Under the pieces are notes generated by a model. That model was not told where the DNA came from and searched no databases. It saw only the letters and a program-made list of their open reading frames with translations. 32,000 bases of DNA. It comes from Pseudomonas aeruginosa. Its GTDB lineage: Bacteria; Pseudomonadota; Gammaproteobacteria; Pseudomonadales; Pseudomonadaceae. Positions 8,797-17,002 of the stretch are shown in pieces (within the stretch, counting starts at the first letter, position 1; each line of letters begins with the position of its first letter). A program made the translations under genes and the position numbers. The stretch spans positions 150,001 to 182,000 of the forward strand of contig NZ_LN831024.1 of the NCBI RefSeq assembly GCF_001457615.1. Reading direction: 5' to 3'.

Positions 8797-10362
8797 ATGT
8801 TGGACGCCAATCTTAAAACCCAGTTGAAGGCCTACCTGGAAAAGGTCAGCCAGCCGTTCGAGATCGTCGCGTCCCTCGATGACAGCGACAAATCCCGCGA
8901 GCTGCTGGGCCTGCTGCAAGACATCGTCGGCCTGACCGACAAGATCACCCTGAAGACCGACGGCAGCGATGCGCGCAAACCGTCGTTCTCGTTGAACCGC
9001 CCCGGTGCGGACATCGGCCTGCGCTTCGCCGGTATCCCCATGGGCCACGAATTCACCTCGCTGGTGCTGGCCCTGCTGCAGGTAGGCGGCCACCCCTCCA
9101 AGCTCGACGCGGACGTGATCGAGCAGGTCAAGGGCATCGAGGGCACCTTCGAGTTCGAAACCTACTTCTCGCTGTCCTGCCAGAACTGCCCGGACGTGGT
9201 CCAGGCGCTGAACCTGATGGCCGTGCTCAACCCGAACATCCGTCACGTCGCCATCGACGGCGCGCTGTTCCAGGATGAGGTCGAGGCGCGCCAGATCATG
9301 TCGGTGCCGAGCATCTACCTCAACGGCGAAGTCTTCGGCCAGGGCCGCATGGGCGTGGAAGAGATCCTCGCCAAGATCGACACCGGCGCCGCCGCCCGCG
9401 ACGCCGAGAAGCTGACCGCCCGCGACGCCTTCGACGTGCTGGTGGTCGGCGGTGGCCCGGCCGGAGCCGCGGCGGCGATCTACGCCGCGCGCAAGGGCAT
9501 TCGCACCGGCGTCGCCGCCGAGCGCTTCGGCGGCCAGGTGCTGGACACCATGGCCATCGAGAACTTCATCTCGGTGCAGGAGACCGAAGGGCCGAAGCTG
9601 GCACGGGCGCTGGAAGAGCACGTGCGTCACTACGAGGTCGACATCATGAACCTGCAGCGCGCCAGCAAGCTGGTTCCGGCGAAGAACGCCGGCGAGTTGC
9701 ACGAGGTGCGGTTCGAGAGCGGCGGCAGCCTCAAGGCCAAGACCCTGATCCTCGCCACCGGCGCTCGCTGGCGCGAAATGGGCGTGCCCGGCGAGCAGGA
9801 ATACAAGGCCAAGGGCGTGTGCTTCTGCCCGCACTGCGATGGCCCGCTGTTCAAGGGCAAGCGCGTGGCGGTGATCGGCGGCGGCAACTCTGGCGTCGAG
9901 GCGGCCATCGACCTGGCCGGCATCGTCGCCCACGTGACCCTGCTGGAATTCGACAGCAAGTTGCGCGCCGACGCCGTGCTGCAACGCAAGCTCTACAGCC
10001 TGCCGAACGTTGAGGTGATCACCAGTGCTCTGACCAGCGAAGTGAAGGGCGACGGCCAGAAGGTCACCGGCCTGGTGTACAAGGACCGCAACTCCGAGGA
10101 GTTCAAGTCGATCGAGCTGGAAGGCATCTTCGTGCAGATCGGCCTGCTGCCCAACACCGAGTGGCTCAAGGGCAGCGTCGAGCTGTCGCCGCGTGGCGAG
10201 ATCATCGTCGACGCCCGTGGCGAGACCTCGCTGCCCGGCATCTTCGCCGCCGGCGACGTGACCACGGTGCCGTACAAGCAGATCGTGATCGCCGTGGGCG
10301 AGGGCGCCAAGGCTTCGCTGAGCGCCTTCGACCACCTGATCCGGACCTCCGCGCCGGAGTGA
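8797..10362 (+). CDS. ahpF: Alkyl hydroperoxide reductase subunit F (flavoprotein)
   Basis: 521 aa; CQNCPDVVQ and CFCPHCDGP redox motifs, [17 protein letters not shown] and [15 protein letters not shown] nucleotide-binding motifs. Confidence 0.97.
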   Translation: MLDANLKTQLKAYLEKVSQPFEIVASLDDSDKSRELLGLLQDIVGLTDKITLKTDGSDARKPSFSLNRPGADIGLRFAGIPMGHEFTSLVLALLQVGGHPSKLDADVIEQVKGIEGTFEFETYFSLSCQNCPDVVQALNLMAVLNPNIRHVAIDGALFQDEVEARQIMSVPSIYLNGEVFGQGRMGVEEILAKIDTGAAARDAEKLTARDAFDVLVVGGGPAGAAAAIYAARKGIRTGVAAERFGGQVLDTMAIENFISVQETEGPKLARALEEHVRHYEVDIMNLQRASKLVPAKNAGELHEVRFESGGSLKAKTLILATGARWREMGVPGEQEYKAKGVCFCPHCDGPLFKGKRVAVIGGGNSGVEAAIDLAGIVAHVTLLEFDSKLRADAVLQRKLYSLPNVEVITSALTSEVKGDGQKVTGLVYKDRNSEEFKSIELEGIFVQIGLLPNTEWLKGSVELSPRGEIIVDARGETSLPGIFAAGDVTTVPYKQIVIAVGEGAKASLSAFDHLIRTSAPE

Positions 10363-10388
10363 CCCGGCCAGCGACCGTCGAACCAGGG

Positions 10389-10421
10389 ACGCCCGGAGCG
10401 CGAAAGCGCCCCGGACGTTTT
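10389..10421. terminator. Candidate terminator between convergent ahpF and ppk2
   Basis: ACGCCCGGAGCGC-GAAA-GCGCCCCGGACGT followed by TTT; 11 of 13 positions pair, GAAA tetraloop. Confidence 0.6.
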
Positions 10422-10441
10422 CGTTGGCGCGACCGCCCGCC

Positions 10442-11514
10442 TCAGGCCGGGATATCCAGGTTCGCGTGGCCCGGCGCGGCGGCCGCCTCGGCGTAGACCT
10501 TCTCGTCCTCCTCGATCACCCGCGAGGCCGGCCCCACCAGCAACGGGTCGGGCTCATGGGCGATGCGCCGGTCCTTGTCCGGGTAGTCCAGCGAGTGCAG
10601 GAAGTGGCGGATGCAGTTGAGTCGCGCGCGCTTCTTGTCGTCGGACTTGATGACCGTCCACGGCGCGTCGGCGGTGTCGGTATGGAAGAACATCGCCTGC
10701 TTGGCGGCGGTGTAGTCGTCCCACTTGTCCAGAGACTTGATGTCGATGGGCGACAGCTTCCAGTGCTTGAGCGGATCGTCGCGGCGCGAGATGAAGCGCC
10801 GCAGTTGTTCCTCGCGGCTCACCGAGAACCAGTACTTGAACAGCAGGATGCCGCTGTTGGTGAGCATACGCTCCAGCTCCGGCGCCTGGCGCATGAACTC
10901 CAGGTATTGCAGCGGCGAACAGAAGCCCATGACCCGCTCGACGCCGGCGCGGTTGTACCAGGAGCGGTCGAAGAAGACCATCTCGCCGGCGGTGGGCAGA
11001 TGTTGGATGTAGCGCTGGAAATACCACTGGCCCTGCTCCTGGGAGGACGGTTTCTCCAAGGCTACGATCCGCGCGCCGCGCGGGTTCAGGTGTTCCATGA
11101 AGCGCTTGATGGTGCCGCCCTTGCCGGCGGCGTCGCGGCCTTCGAACAGGACCACCACGCGCTGGCCGGTCTCCTTCACCCAGCTCTGCACCTTGAGCAG
11201 TTCGATCTGCAGGTCGTGCTTGGCCTTCTCGTACTCGTTGCGGCGCATCCGCGTGTGATAGGGATAGTTCGCCGGCAGGCTCGCCGAGGTGCTGTCCTCG
11301 CTGCTGCCGTGGGGCGCACTGGCGACCTGCAGGGCCACCGGCTTCTGGCTGATTGCCTGGATCTCCTCGCGGGCCTTCTGCGCCGGGCTGGCCACTCGCG
11401 GGCGGCGGGTCGCCGGCTTGCGCGGGCGCGGCGGGCGGCTGGCCGGGCCGGCTTGGCCGGCTGCGCGGCGGGTTGCTCGGGGGAGGGGGGACTGACAGTG
11501 GGTTCTTCGCTCAT
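10442..11514 (-). CDS. ppk2: Polyphosphate kinase 2 family protein with an apparent 1-nt frameshift in the N-terminal tail
   Basis: Core domain intact in 10442..11395(-): VVVLFEGRDAAGKGGTIKRFMEHLNPRGARIVAL..., FFDRSWYNRAGVERVMGF. ATG with MSEEPTVSPPSPEQ starts at 11514 in another frame; 119 nt separates it from the GTG at 11395, so one missing nt would give a 357 aa protein, the length I recall for PPK2. Confidence 0.85.
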
Positions 11515-11794
11515 GCGGGACTCCTTCCGTTCTACGTTTTCAGCTATGCAGTCCCCCACTCTATGCCCCTGCCGGGAGGCGTCCGTTGACCCCCATCAAA
11601 CCGCGCCCGGCCGCCACCGGGAGGAAAGCCTTACACCTCTCCAGAAATCCCTTGTAGGATATCGCCACGCGAGTGGCGCCCCGTCGTCGCCCCGCGGACC
11701 TGGATCAGCAGACAGGGTGAACACTGAGCTGGCTCTCATCAACCGAGGGCCGGCAGCGTTCGCGCCGGCCCGCCGATCCGACGAAGGTCCGCAC

Positions 11795-13143
11795 ATGTCC
11801 CGCACCTGGATTCGCAATCCCCTCGCCATCTTCACCGCCAACGGTCTCGACGCCGCCGGCGGCCTGGTCGTCGAAGACGGCCGCATCGTCGAGCTGCTCG
11901 GCGCCGGCCAACAGCCCGCGCAGCCCTGCGCCAGCCAGTTCGACGCCAGCCGGCACGTGGTGTTGCCGGGGCTGGTCAACACCCATCACCACTTCTACCA
12001 GACCCTCACCCGCGCCTGGGCGCCGGTGGTCAACCAGCCGCTGTTCCCCTGGCTGAAGACCCTCTACCCGGTCTGGGCGCGGCTGACCCGGAGAAACTCG
12101 CACTGGCCACCAAGGTGGCGCTGGCCGAGCTGCTGTTGTCCGGCTGTACCACTGCCGCCGACCACCACTACCTGTTTCCCGGCGGCCTCGAACAGGCCAT
12201 CGACGTGCAGGCCGGGGTGGTCGAGGAACTGGGCATGCGCGCCATGCTCACCCGCGGCTCGATGAGCCTCGGCGAGAAGGACGGCGGCTTGCCGCCGCAG
12301 CAGACGGTGCAGGAAGCCGAGACCATCCTCGCCGACAGTGAGCGACTGATCGCCCGCTACCACCAGCGCGGAGACGGTGCCCGGGTGCAGATCGCCCTGG
12401 CGCCCTGCTCGCCGTTCTCGGTGACTCCGGAGATCATGCGCGCCAGCGCCGAAGTGGCGGCGCGCCACGACGTACGCCTGCACACCCACCTGGCGGAGAC
12501 CCTCGACGAGGAAGACTTCTGCCTGCAGCGCTTCGGCCTGCGTACCGTGGACTACCTGGATAGCGTCGGCTGGCTCGGCCCGCGCACCTGGCTGGCCCAC
12601 GGCATCCACTTCAACGCCGAGGAGATCCGCCGGCTCGGCGAGGCGGGCACCGGTATCTGCCATTGCCCGAGTTCGAACATGCGCCTGGCCTCGGGCATCT
12701 GCCCGACCGTGGAGCTGGAGGCGGCCGGCGCGCCGATCGGCCTGGGAGTCGATGGCTCGGCCTCCAACGACGCCTCGAACATGATCCTCGAGGCGCGCCA
12801 GGCCCTGTACCTGCAACGCCTGCGCTACGGCGCCGAGCGGATCACCCCGGAACTCGCCCTGGGCTGGGCCACCCGTGGCTCGGCACGCCTGCTCGGGCGC
12901 AGCGACATCGGCGAGCTGGCCCCCGGCAAGCAGGCCGACCTGGCCTTGTTCAAGCTCGACGAGCTGCGCTTCTCGGGTAGCCACGACCCGCTCTCGGCGC
13001 TGCTGCTGTGCGCTGCCGACCGTGCCGACCGGGTAATGGTCGGCGGCGCCTGGCGAGTGGTCGACGGTGCCGTGGAAGGGCTCGACCTGGCCGCCCTGAT
13101 CGCCCGCCACCGCGAGGCGGCGAGCGCCCTGATCGCCGGGTGA
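11795..13143 (+). pseudogene. 8-oxoguanine deaminase (amidohydrolase superfamily), reading frame broken by an apparent 1-nt deletion near 12084-12095
   Basis: Frame 2 from ATG 11795 (MSRTWIRNPLAIFTANGLDAAGG...LVNTHHHFYQT...YPVWARLT) continues in frame 1 (12115..13143: MALAELLLSGCTTAADHHYLFPGG...HTHLAETLDEEDF...LGVDGSASND). Adding one C in ctgacccgg restores LTPEKLALATKVALAELLLSG. Confidence 0.88.
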
Positions 13144-13151
13144 GGCGGGCG

Positions 13152-13184
13152 CCGACAGAGGAGGCGCCAGGCTTCCTCTGTCGG
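13152..13184 (+). terminator. Strong stem-loop between the 8-oxoguanine deaminase gene and the nucleoside hydrolase gene
   Basis: Perfect 11-bp inverted repeat CCGACAGAGGA ... TCCTCTGTCGG. Confidence 0.55.
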
Positions 13185-13250
13185 TTCGCATAGGTCGGCG
13201 CGTGGCCCGCAACTGGCTAGACTGTGGCATTCCCCACCAGGAGCCGCCCC

Positions 13251-14303
13251 ATGTCACGCGCCGCCCGCCCATGCAATCGCTTTTGCAGCCTTCTGCTAGG
13301 ACTCGCCCTGCTGATGCCCGCCAGCCTTCCTCTGTCCGCTGCCGAAACGGTGGCGCCGCCATTGCCGCGGACGCTGATCATCGACACCGATCCGGGCGCC
13401 GACGATGTGATCGCCCTGCTGTTCGCCATGGCCTCGCCGAAGGAGCTGAAGATCCAGGCGCTGACCACCGTCGCCGGCAACGTGCCGCTGGAAAAGACCG
13501 CGCGTAACGCCCGGCTGGCCCGCGAGTGGGGCAAGCGCCCGGATATTCCGGTCTACGCCGGCGCCCCGCGACCGCTGCTGCGCACGCCGATCTACGCCGC
13601 CGACGTGCACGGCAGCGAAGGCATCAGCGGCGTCGAGGTGCATGAGCCGAAGCAGCCGCTGGCCGAAGGTAACGCCGTGGACTACCTGATCCGCACCTTG
13701 CGTGCGGCGCCGGAGAAGAGCGTGACCCTGGCCATGCTCGGCCCGGAGACCAACCTCGCGCTGGCCCTGACCCAGGCCCCGGACATCGTCAAGGGCATCC
13801 GCGAGATCGTGATCATGGGCGGCGCCCACTTCAACGGCGGCAACATCACCCCGGCCGCCGAATTCAATATCTTCGCCGACCCCCACGCGGCGGAAATCGT
13901 GCTCAAGAGCGGGGCGCCGATCACCATGCTGCCGCTCGACGTGACCCACAAGATCCTCACCAGCCCCGAGCGCATCGCCAAGCTGCGCAACCTCGGCAAC
14001 CAGGCCGGCAAGACCGTCGCCGACATCCTCGACGCCTACGTCCAGTACGACATCAAGTACTACGGCCTGAAGGGCGGCCCGGTGCACGACGCCACGGTGG
14101 TCGCCTACCTGCTCAAGCCCTCGCTGTTCAAGGGCAAGCGGATCAACGTGCAGGTCGACAGCCGCGAGGGCATCACCTTCGGCCAGACCGTGGCCGACTG
14201 GTACGGCGGCCTCAAGCAGCCGGCCAACGTCGAGTGGATCAACGAGGGCGACGCCCAGGGGTTCTTCGACCTGCTCACCGAGCGTATCGCCCGCCTGCCC
14301 TGA
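13251..14303 (+). CDS. nuh: Inosine/uridine-preferring nucleoside hydrolase with N-terminal signal peptide
   Basis: ATG 13251 (MSRAARPCNRFCSLLLGLALLMPASLPLSAAET signal), then RTLIIDTDPGADDVIALLFAM catalytic motif; IUNH family. Confidence 0.9.
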   Translation: MSRAARPCNRFCSLLLGLALLMPASLPLSAAETVAPPLPRTLIIDTDPGADDVIALLFAMASPKELKIQALTTVAGNVPLEKTARNARLAREWGKRPDIPVYAGAPRPLLRTPIYAADVHGSEGISGVEVHEPKQPLAEGNAVDYLIRTLRAAPEKSVTLAMLGPETNLALALTQAPDIVKGIREIVIMGGAHFNGGNITPAAEFNIFADPHAAEIVLKSGAPITMLPLDVTHKILTSPERIAKLRNLGNQAGKTVADILDAYVQYDIKYYGLKGGPVHDATVVAYLLKPSLFKGKRINVQVDSREGITFGQTVADWYGGLKQPANVEWINEGDAQGFFDLLTERIARLP

Positions 14304-14318
14304 GTCTCTCGTCGTACG

Positions 14319-14347
14319 GCCGGCGCCGGGTCAGCCGTGGCGCCGGC
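14319..14347. terminator. Stem-loop at convergent gene ends
   Basis: Perfect 9-bp inverted repeat GCCGGCGCC-gggtcagccgt-GGCGCCGGC overlapping the 3' end of the minus-strand gene. Confidence 0.35.
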
Positions 14348-14957
14348 TGGCGAGTTGGCGCAGGGCCTGCTCGGCGTCGCCGACGACTAGCGTTGCCGGC
14401 ACCGCCAGCATCAGATTGAGCGGCAGGCCGAACTCTTCCAGGGTCATGCCGTCGCGGTCGCGGGTCGGATCCTCGCCGATCAGCTCCGGGGCGTGCCGGC
14501 GGATTCGCTCGGCGTAGCTGCCGGCGTCGTCGACGTAGCCATAGACCGGCTTGCCGAGGGCGGTGGCATAGCCGACCTCGAAGGCGGTGCCGCTGTCCGG
14601 CTCGGCGCCGCGGAAGAAGTTCAGGTTGGCCAGCACCGCGTCGGCGCGTTCGATCAGGCCGATGTTGGCGCGGTAGATCCAGGCCGCCTGTTCGCGCGGC
14701 TCGGCGAGCTGTTTCGGCAGCGCGTTGTCCAGCGGGTAGAGGCCCTCGAAACCGTAGCGTGCGCACAGTGCCTTGAGTGCTTCGCCGTGGGCGACGGCGT
14801 CGGCGCGGAACACATCGGGACCGGCCAGATAGAGTTTCCGCGGCCTGGCCGCGGCGCGTACACCCGGCAGGCTGCCGAGCAGGGCGCCGGCGGGCAGCAG
14901 CAGGGCTGCCAGGCGCAGGAAGGTACGACGGCTGCTGGAACCCTTGGATCGGTTCAT
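14331..14957 (-). CDS. Nucleoside 2-deoxyribosyltransferase-like protein with predicted Tat signal peptide
   Basis: 208 aa MNRSKGSSSRRTFLRLAALLLPAGALLGSLPGVRAAARPRKLYLAGPDVFRADAVAHGE...; SRRTFLRL twin-arginine motif; YLAGPDVF and EPDSGTAFEVGYA family motifs. Confidence 0.87.
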   Translation of the reverse strand: MNRSKGSSSRRTFLRLAALLLPAGALLGSLPGVRAAARPRKLYLAGPDVFRADAVAHGEALKALCARYGFEGLYPLDNALPKQLAEPREQAAWIYRANIGLIERADAVLANLNFFRGAEPDSGTAFEVGYATALGKPVYGYVDDAGSYAERIRRHAPELIGEDPTRDRDGMTLEEFGLPLNLMLAVPATLVVGDAEQALRQLASRRHG

Positions 14958-15078
14958 CGGATGCCTCTTGCAGGCCGGCCTCCCGGATGGGGCCGTTGTT
15001 GTCCAGCATTATGGCCGGCAAGCGACAGGCCGGGCGGCGGCTATCTGCCAGCAGCTAGGCGACGGCCTTCCCGCGATG

Positions 15079-15594
15079 TCAGGCGCGCTCGAGTTCCTCG
15101 GCGAGGCGTCGCAGAGCCTCGCGCGGGCCGCCGGCGACCAGCCGCGAAGGCACCGCCAGCATCAGGTTCAATGGCAGGCCGAAACCCTCCAGTTGCCAAC
15201 CGTCGCGGTCCTCGCCGGGGTGCTCGCCGAGCCATTCCGGGGCCAGCCGGGCGAGGCGCTCGGTGTAGGCGCCGGCATCGCTGAGGTAGGCATATACCGG
15301 CTTGCCCAGGGCCAGGGCGTAACCCACTTCGAAGGCGGTGCCGCTGTCCGGCTCGCTGCCGCGGAACGGTTCGAGGTTGGCCAGCACGCAGTCGGCGCGC
15401 TCGATCAGGCCGACATTGGCGCGGTAGATCCAGGCGGCCTGTGCGGCTGGCTCGCGGATGTCGGCGGGCAGGGCGTGGTCGAGCGGGTAGAGGCCGACGA
15501 AGCCGAACTCGGCGCAGAGCGCCTTGAGGGTTTCGCCATGGGCTTCGGCGTCGGGGCGGAAGACGTCCGGCCCGGCCAGGTAGATCGCGGTCAT
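15079..15594 (-). CDS. Nucleoside 2-deoxyribosyltransferase-like protein, no signal peptide
   Basis: 171 aa MTAIYLAGPDVFRPDAEAHGETLKALCAEFGFVGLYPLDHALP...; clearly paralogous to the 14331..14957 product. Confidence 0.9.
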   Translation of the reverse strand: MTAIYLAGPDVFRPDAEAHGETLKALCAEFGFVGLYPLDHALPADIREPAAQAAWIYRANVGLIERADCVLANLEPFRGSEPDSGTAFEVGYALALGKPVYAYLSDAGAYTERLARLAPEWLGEHPGEDRDGWQLEGFGLPLNLMLAVPSRLVAGGPREALRRLAEELERA

Positions 15595-15832
15595 CGCGTG
15601 CGTGCCTTGTTACGGAAAGCCAGCGCCCATGGTAGCGCCATCGTGGCGGCGCCGGCATGCACCAAGCGATGGCGCGCTGCACCGTCCTGCAGCCGCGCCG
15701 GCATGACGCGGCGCGCAGAAGCGCGAGCTTGAGCGGAGTTGTCCGGGTGGTCAGGTAATTGCATCGGCGGGCGGGCTGAACGCGAAGCCACGCCCGATGG
15801 CCAACCCTGCACTCACCGGAGCACGCCCATCC

Positions 15833-16930
15833 ATGAAACACCGTCGCACGCAATCCCGCATGTCCGTCCTGCGCCGCCTTGCCGCCGTCCTCGGCCTCGG
15901 CGCCTGCGCTCTCGCCGCCGAGGCCGCCGAACCACTGAAGATCGGCTTCGTCTATGTCGGCCCGGTCGGCGACCACGGCTGGACCTACCAGCACGAACTG
16001 GGCCGCCGCGAACTGGTGGAGCACTTCGGCGACAAGGTGAAGACCAGCTTCGTCGAGAACGTCGCCGAGGGCGCCGACGCCGAGCGGGTCATCCGCAACC
16101 TGGCGAAAGACGGCTACGGCCTGGTCTTCACCACCTCCTTCGGCTACATGAACCCTACCGCCAAGGTGGCCCGGCAGTTTCCCAAGGTGACCTTCGAGCA
16201 CGCCACCGGCTACAAGCGCGACAGGAACCTCGGCACCTACCTGTCGCGCTCCTACGAGGGACGCTACGTCGGCGGCTTCCTCGCGGCGAAGATGACCCGC
16301 AGCCACAAGATCGGCTACATCGCCTCGTTTCCGATTCCCGAGGTGATCCGCGACATCAACGCGATCCAGCTGGCGCTGGACAAATACGACCCGCAGGCCG
16401 AACTCAAGGTGATGTGGGTGAGCACCTGGTTCGATCCGGGCAAGGAGGCCGACGCGGCCACCGCGCTGATCGACCAGGGCGTCGACGTGGTGTTCCAGCA
16501 CACCGATAGCCCGGCGCCGATCCAGGCCGCCGAGCGTCGCGGGGTGTACGCCGTGGGCTACGCCTCGGACATGCAGCACTTCGGTCCGAAGACCGTGCTC
16601 ACCTCGATCGTCAACGACTGGGGCCCGCACTATATCCGCTCGGCCCAGGCGGTGATGGACGGCACCTGGAAATCCGAGGACTTCTGGGGTGGCCTGGCCG
16701 AGAGTACGGTGGTCCTGCCGCTGAACCAGGAGGTGCTGCCGGCGCCGGTGCGGGAAGAGGCGGGCAGGCTGATCGAGTCGATCCGCAGCGGAGCCTTCCA
16801 CCCCTTCACTGGGCCGATCCGCGACCAGTCCGGCAAGGAGCGTTTCGCCGCCGGCGTCAGCGCGACCAATGCCGACCTGGCGTCGATGAACTATTACGTG
16901 GAAGGCATCAAGGCCGACCTGCCGAAGTGA
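15833..16930 (+). CDS. BMP-family substrate-binding protein (purine/nucleoside-binding family)
   Basis: MKHRRTQSRMSVLRRLAAVLGLGACALAAEAAEPLKIGFVYVGPVGDHGWTYQHELGRRELVEHFGDKVKTSFVENVAEGADAERVIR...; exact start uncertain (ORF opens at 15797). Confidence 0.87.
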   Translation: MKHRRTQSRMSVLRRLAAVLGLGACALAAEAAEPLKIGFVYVGPVGDHGWTYQHELGRRELVEHFGDKVKTSFVENVAEGADAERVIRNLAKDGYGLVFTTSFGYMNPTAKVARQFPKVTFEHATGYKRDRNLGTYLSRSYEGRYVGGFLAAKMTRSHKIGYIASFPIPEVIRDINAIQLALDKYDPQAELKVMWVSTWFDPGKEADAATALIDQGVDVVFQHTDSPAPIQAAERRGVYAVGYASDMQHFGPKTVLTSIVNDWGPHYIRSAQAVMDGTWKSEDFWGGLAESTVVLPLNQEVLPAPVREEAGRLIESIRSGAFHPFTGPIRDQSGKERFAAGVSATNADLASMNYYVEGIKADLPK

Positions 16931-17002
16931 GCCCTGGCCTTGTATGGAAAAAGTCGCCGAGCGCAGGCACTTTCCGTACAGGACCCATCGAGGAGAGCGC
17001 GA

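Noticed and set aside
7990-10335. 781 aa minus-strand ORF antisense to ahpC-ahpF
   Set aside because: Fully overlaps well-supported ahpC and ahpF; typical shadow ORF in high-GC DNA, no recognisable domain
10424-12265. 613 aa plus-strand ORF as a single fused protein
   Set aside because: Its first two thirds are antisense to ppk2; only the part from ATG 11795 is real, belonging to the frameshifted 8-oxoguanine deaminase gene
14319-14347. Regulatory operator
   Set aside because: Perfect GC-rich inverted repeat, but it sits at the ends of two convergent genes, so a termination or processing structure is more plausible
15041-16801. 586 aa minus-strand ORF
   Set aside because: Antisense to the BMP-family gene and out of frame with the deoxyribosyltransferase-like gene; no family resemblance
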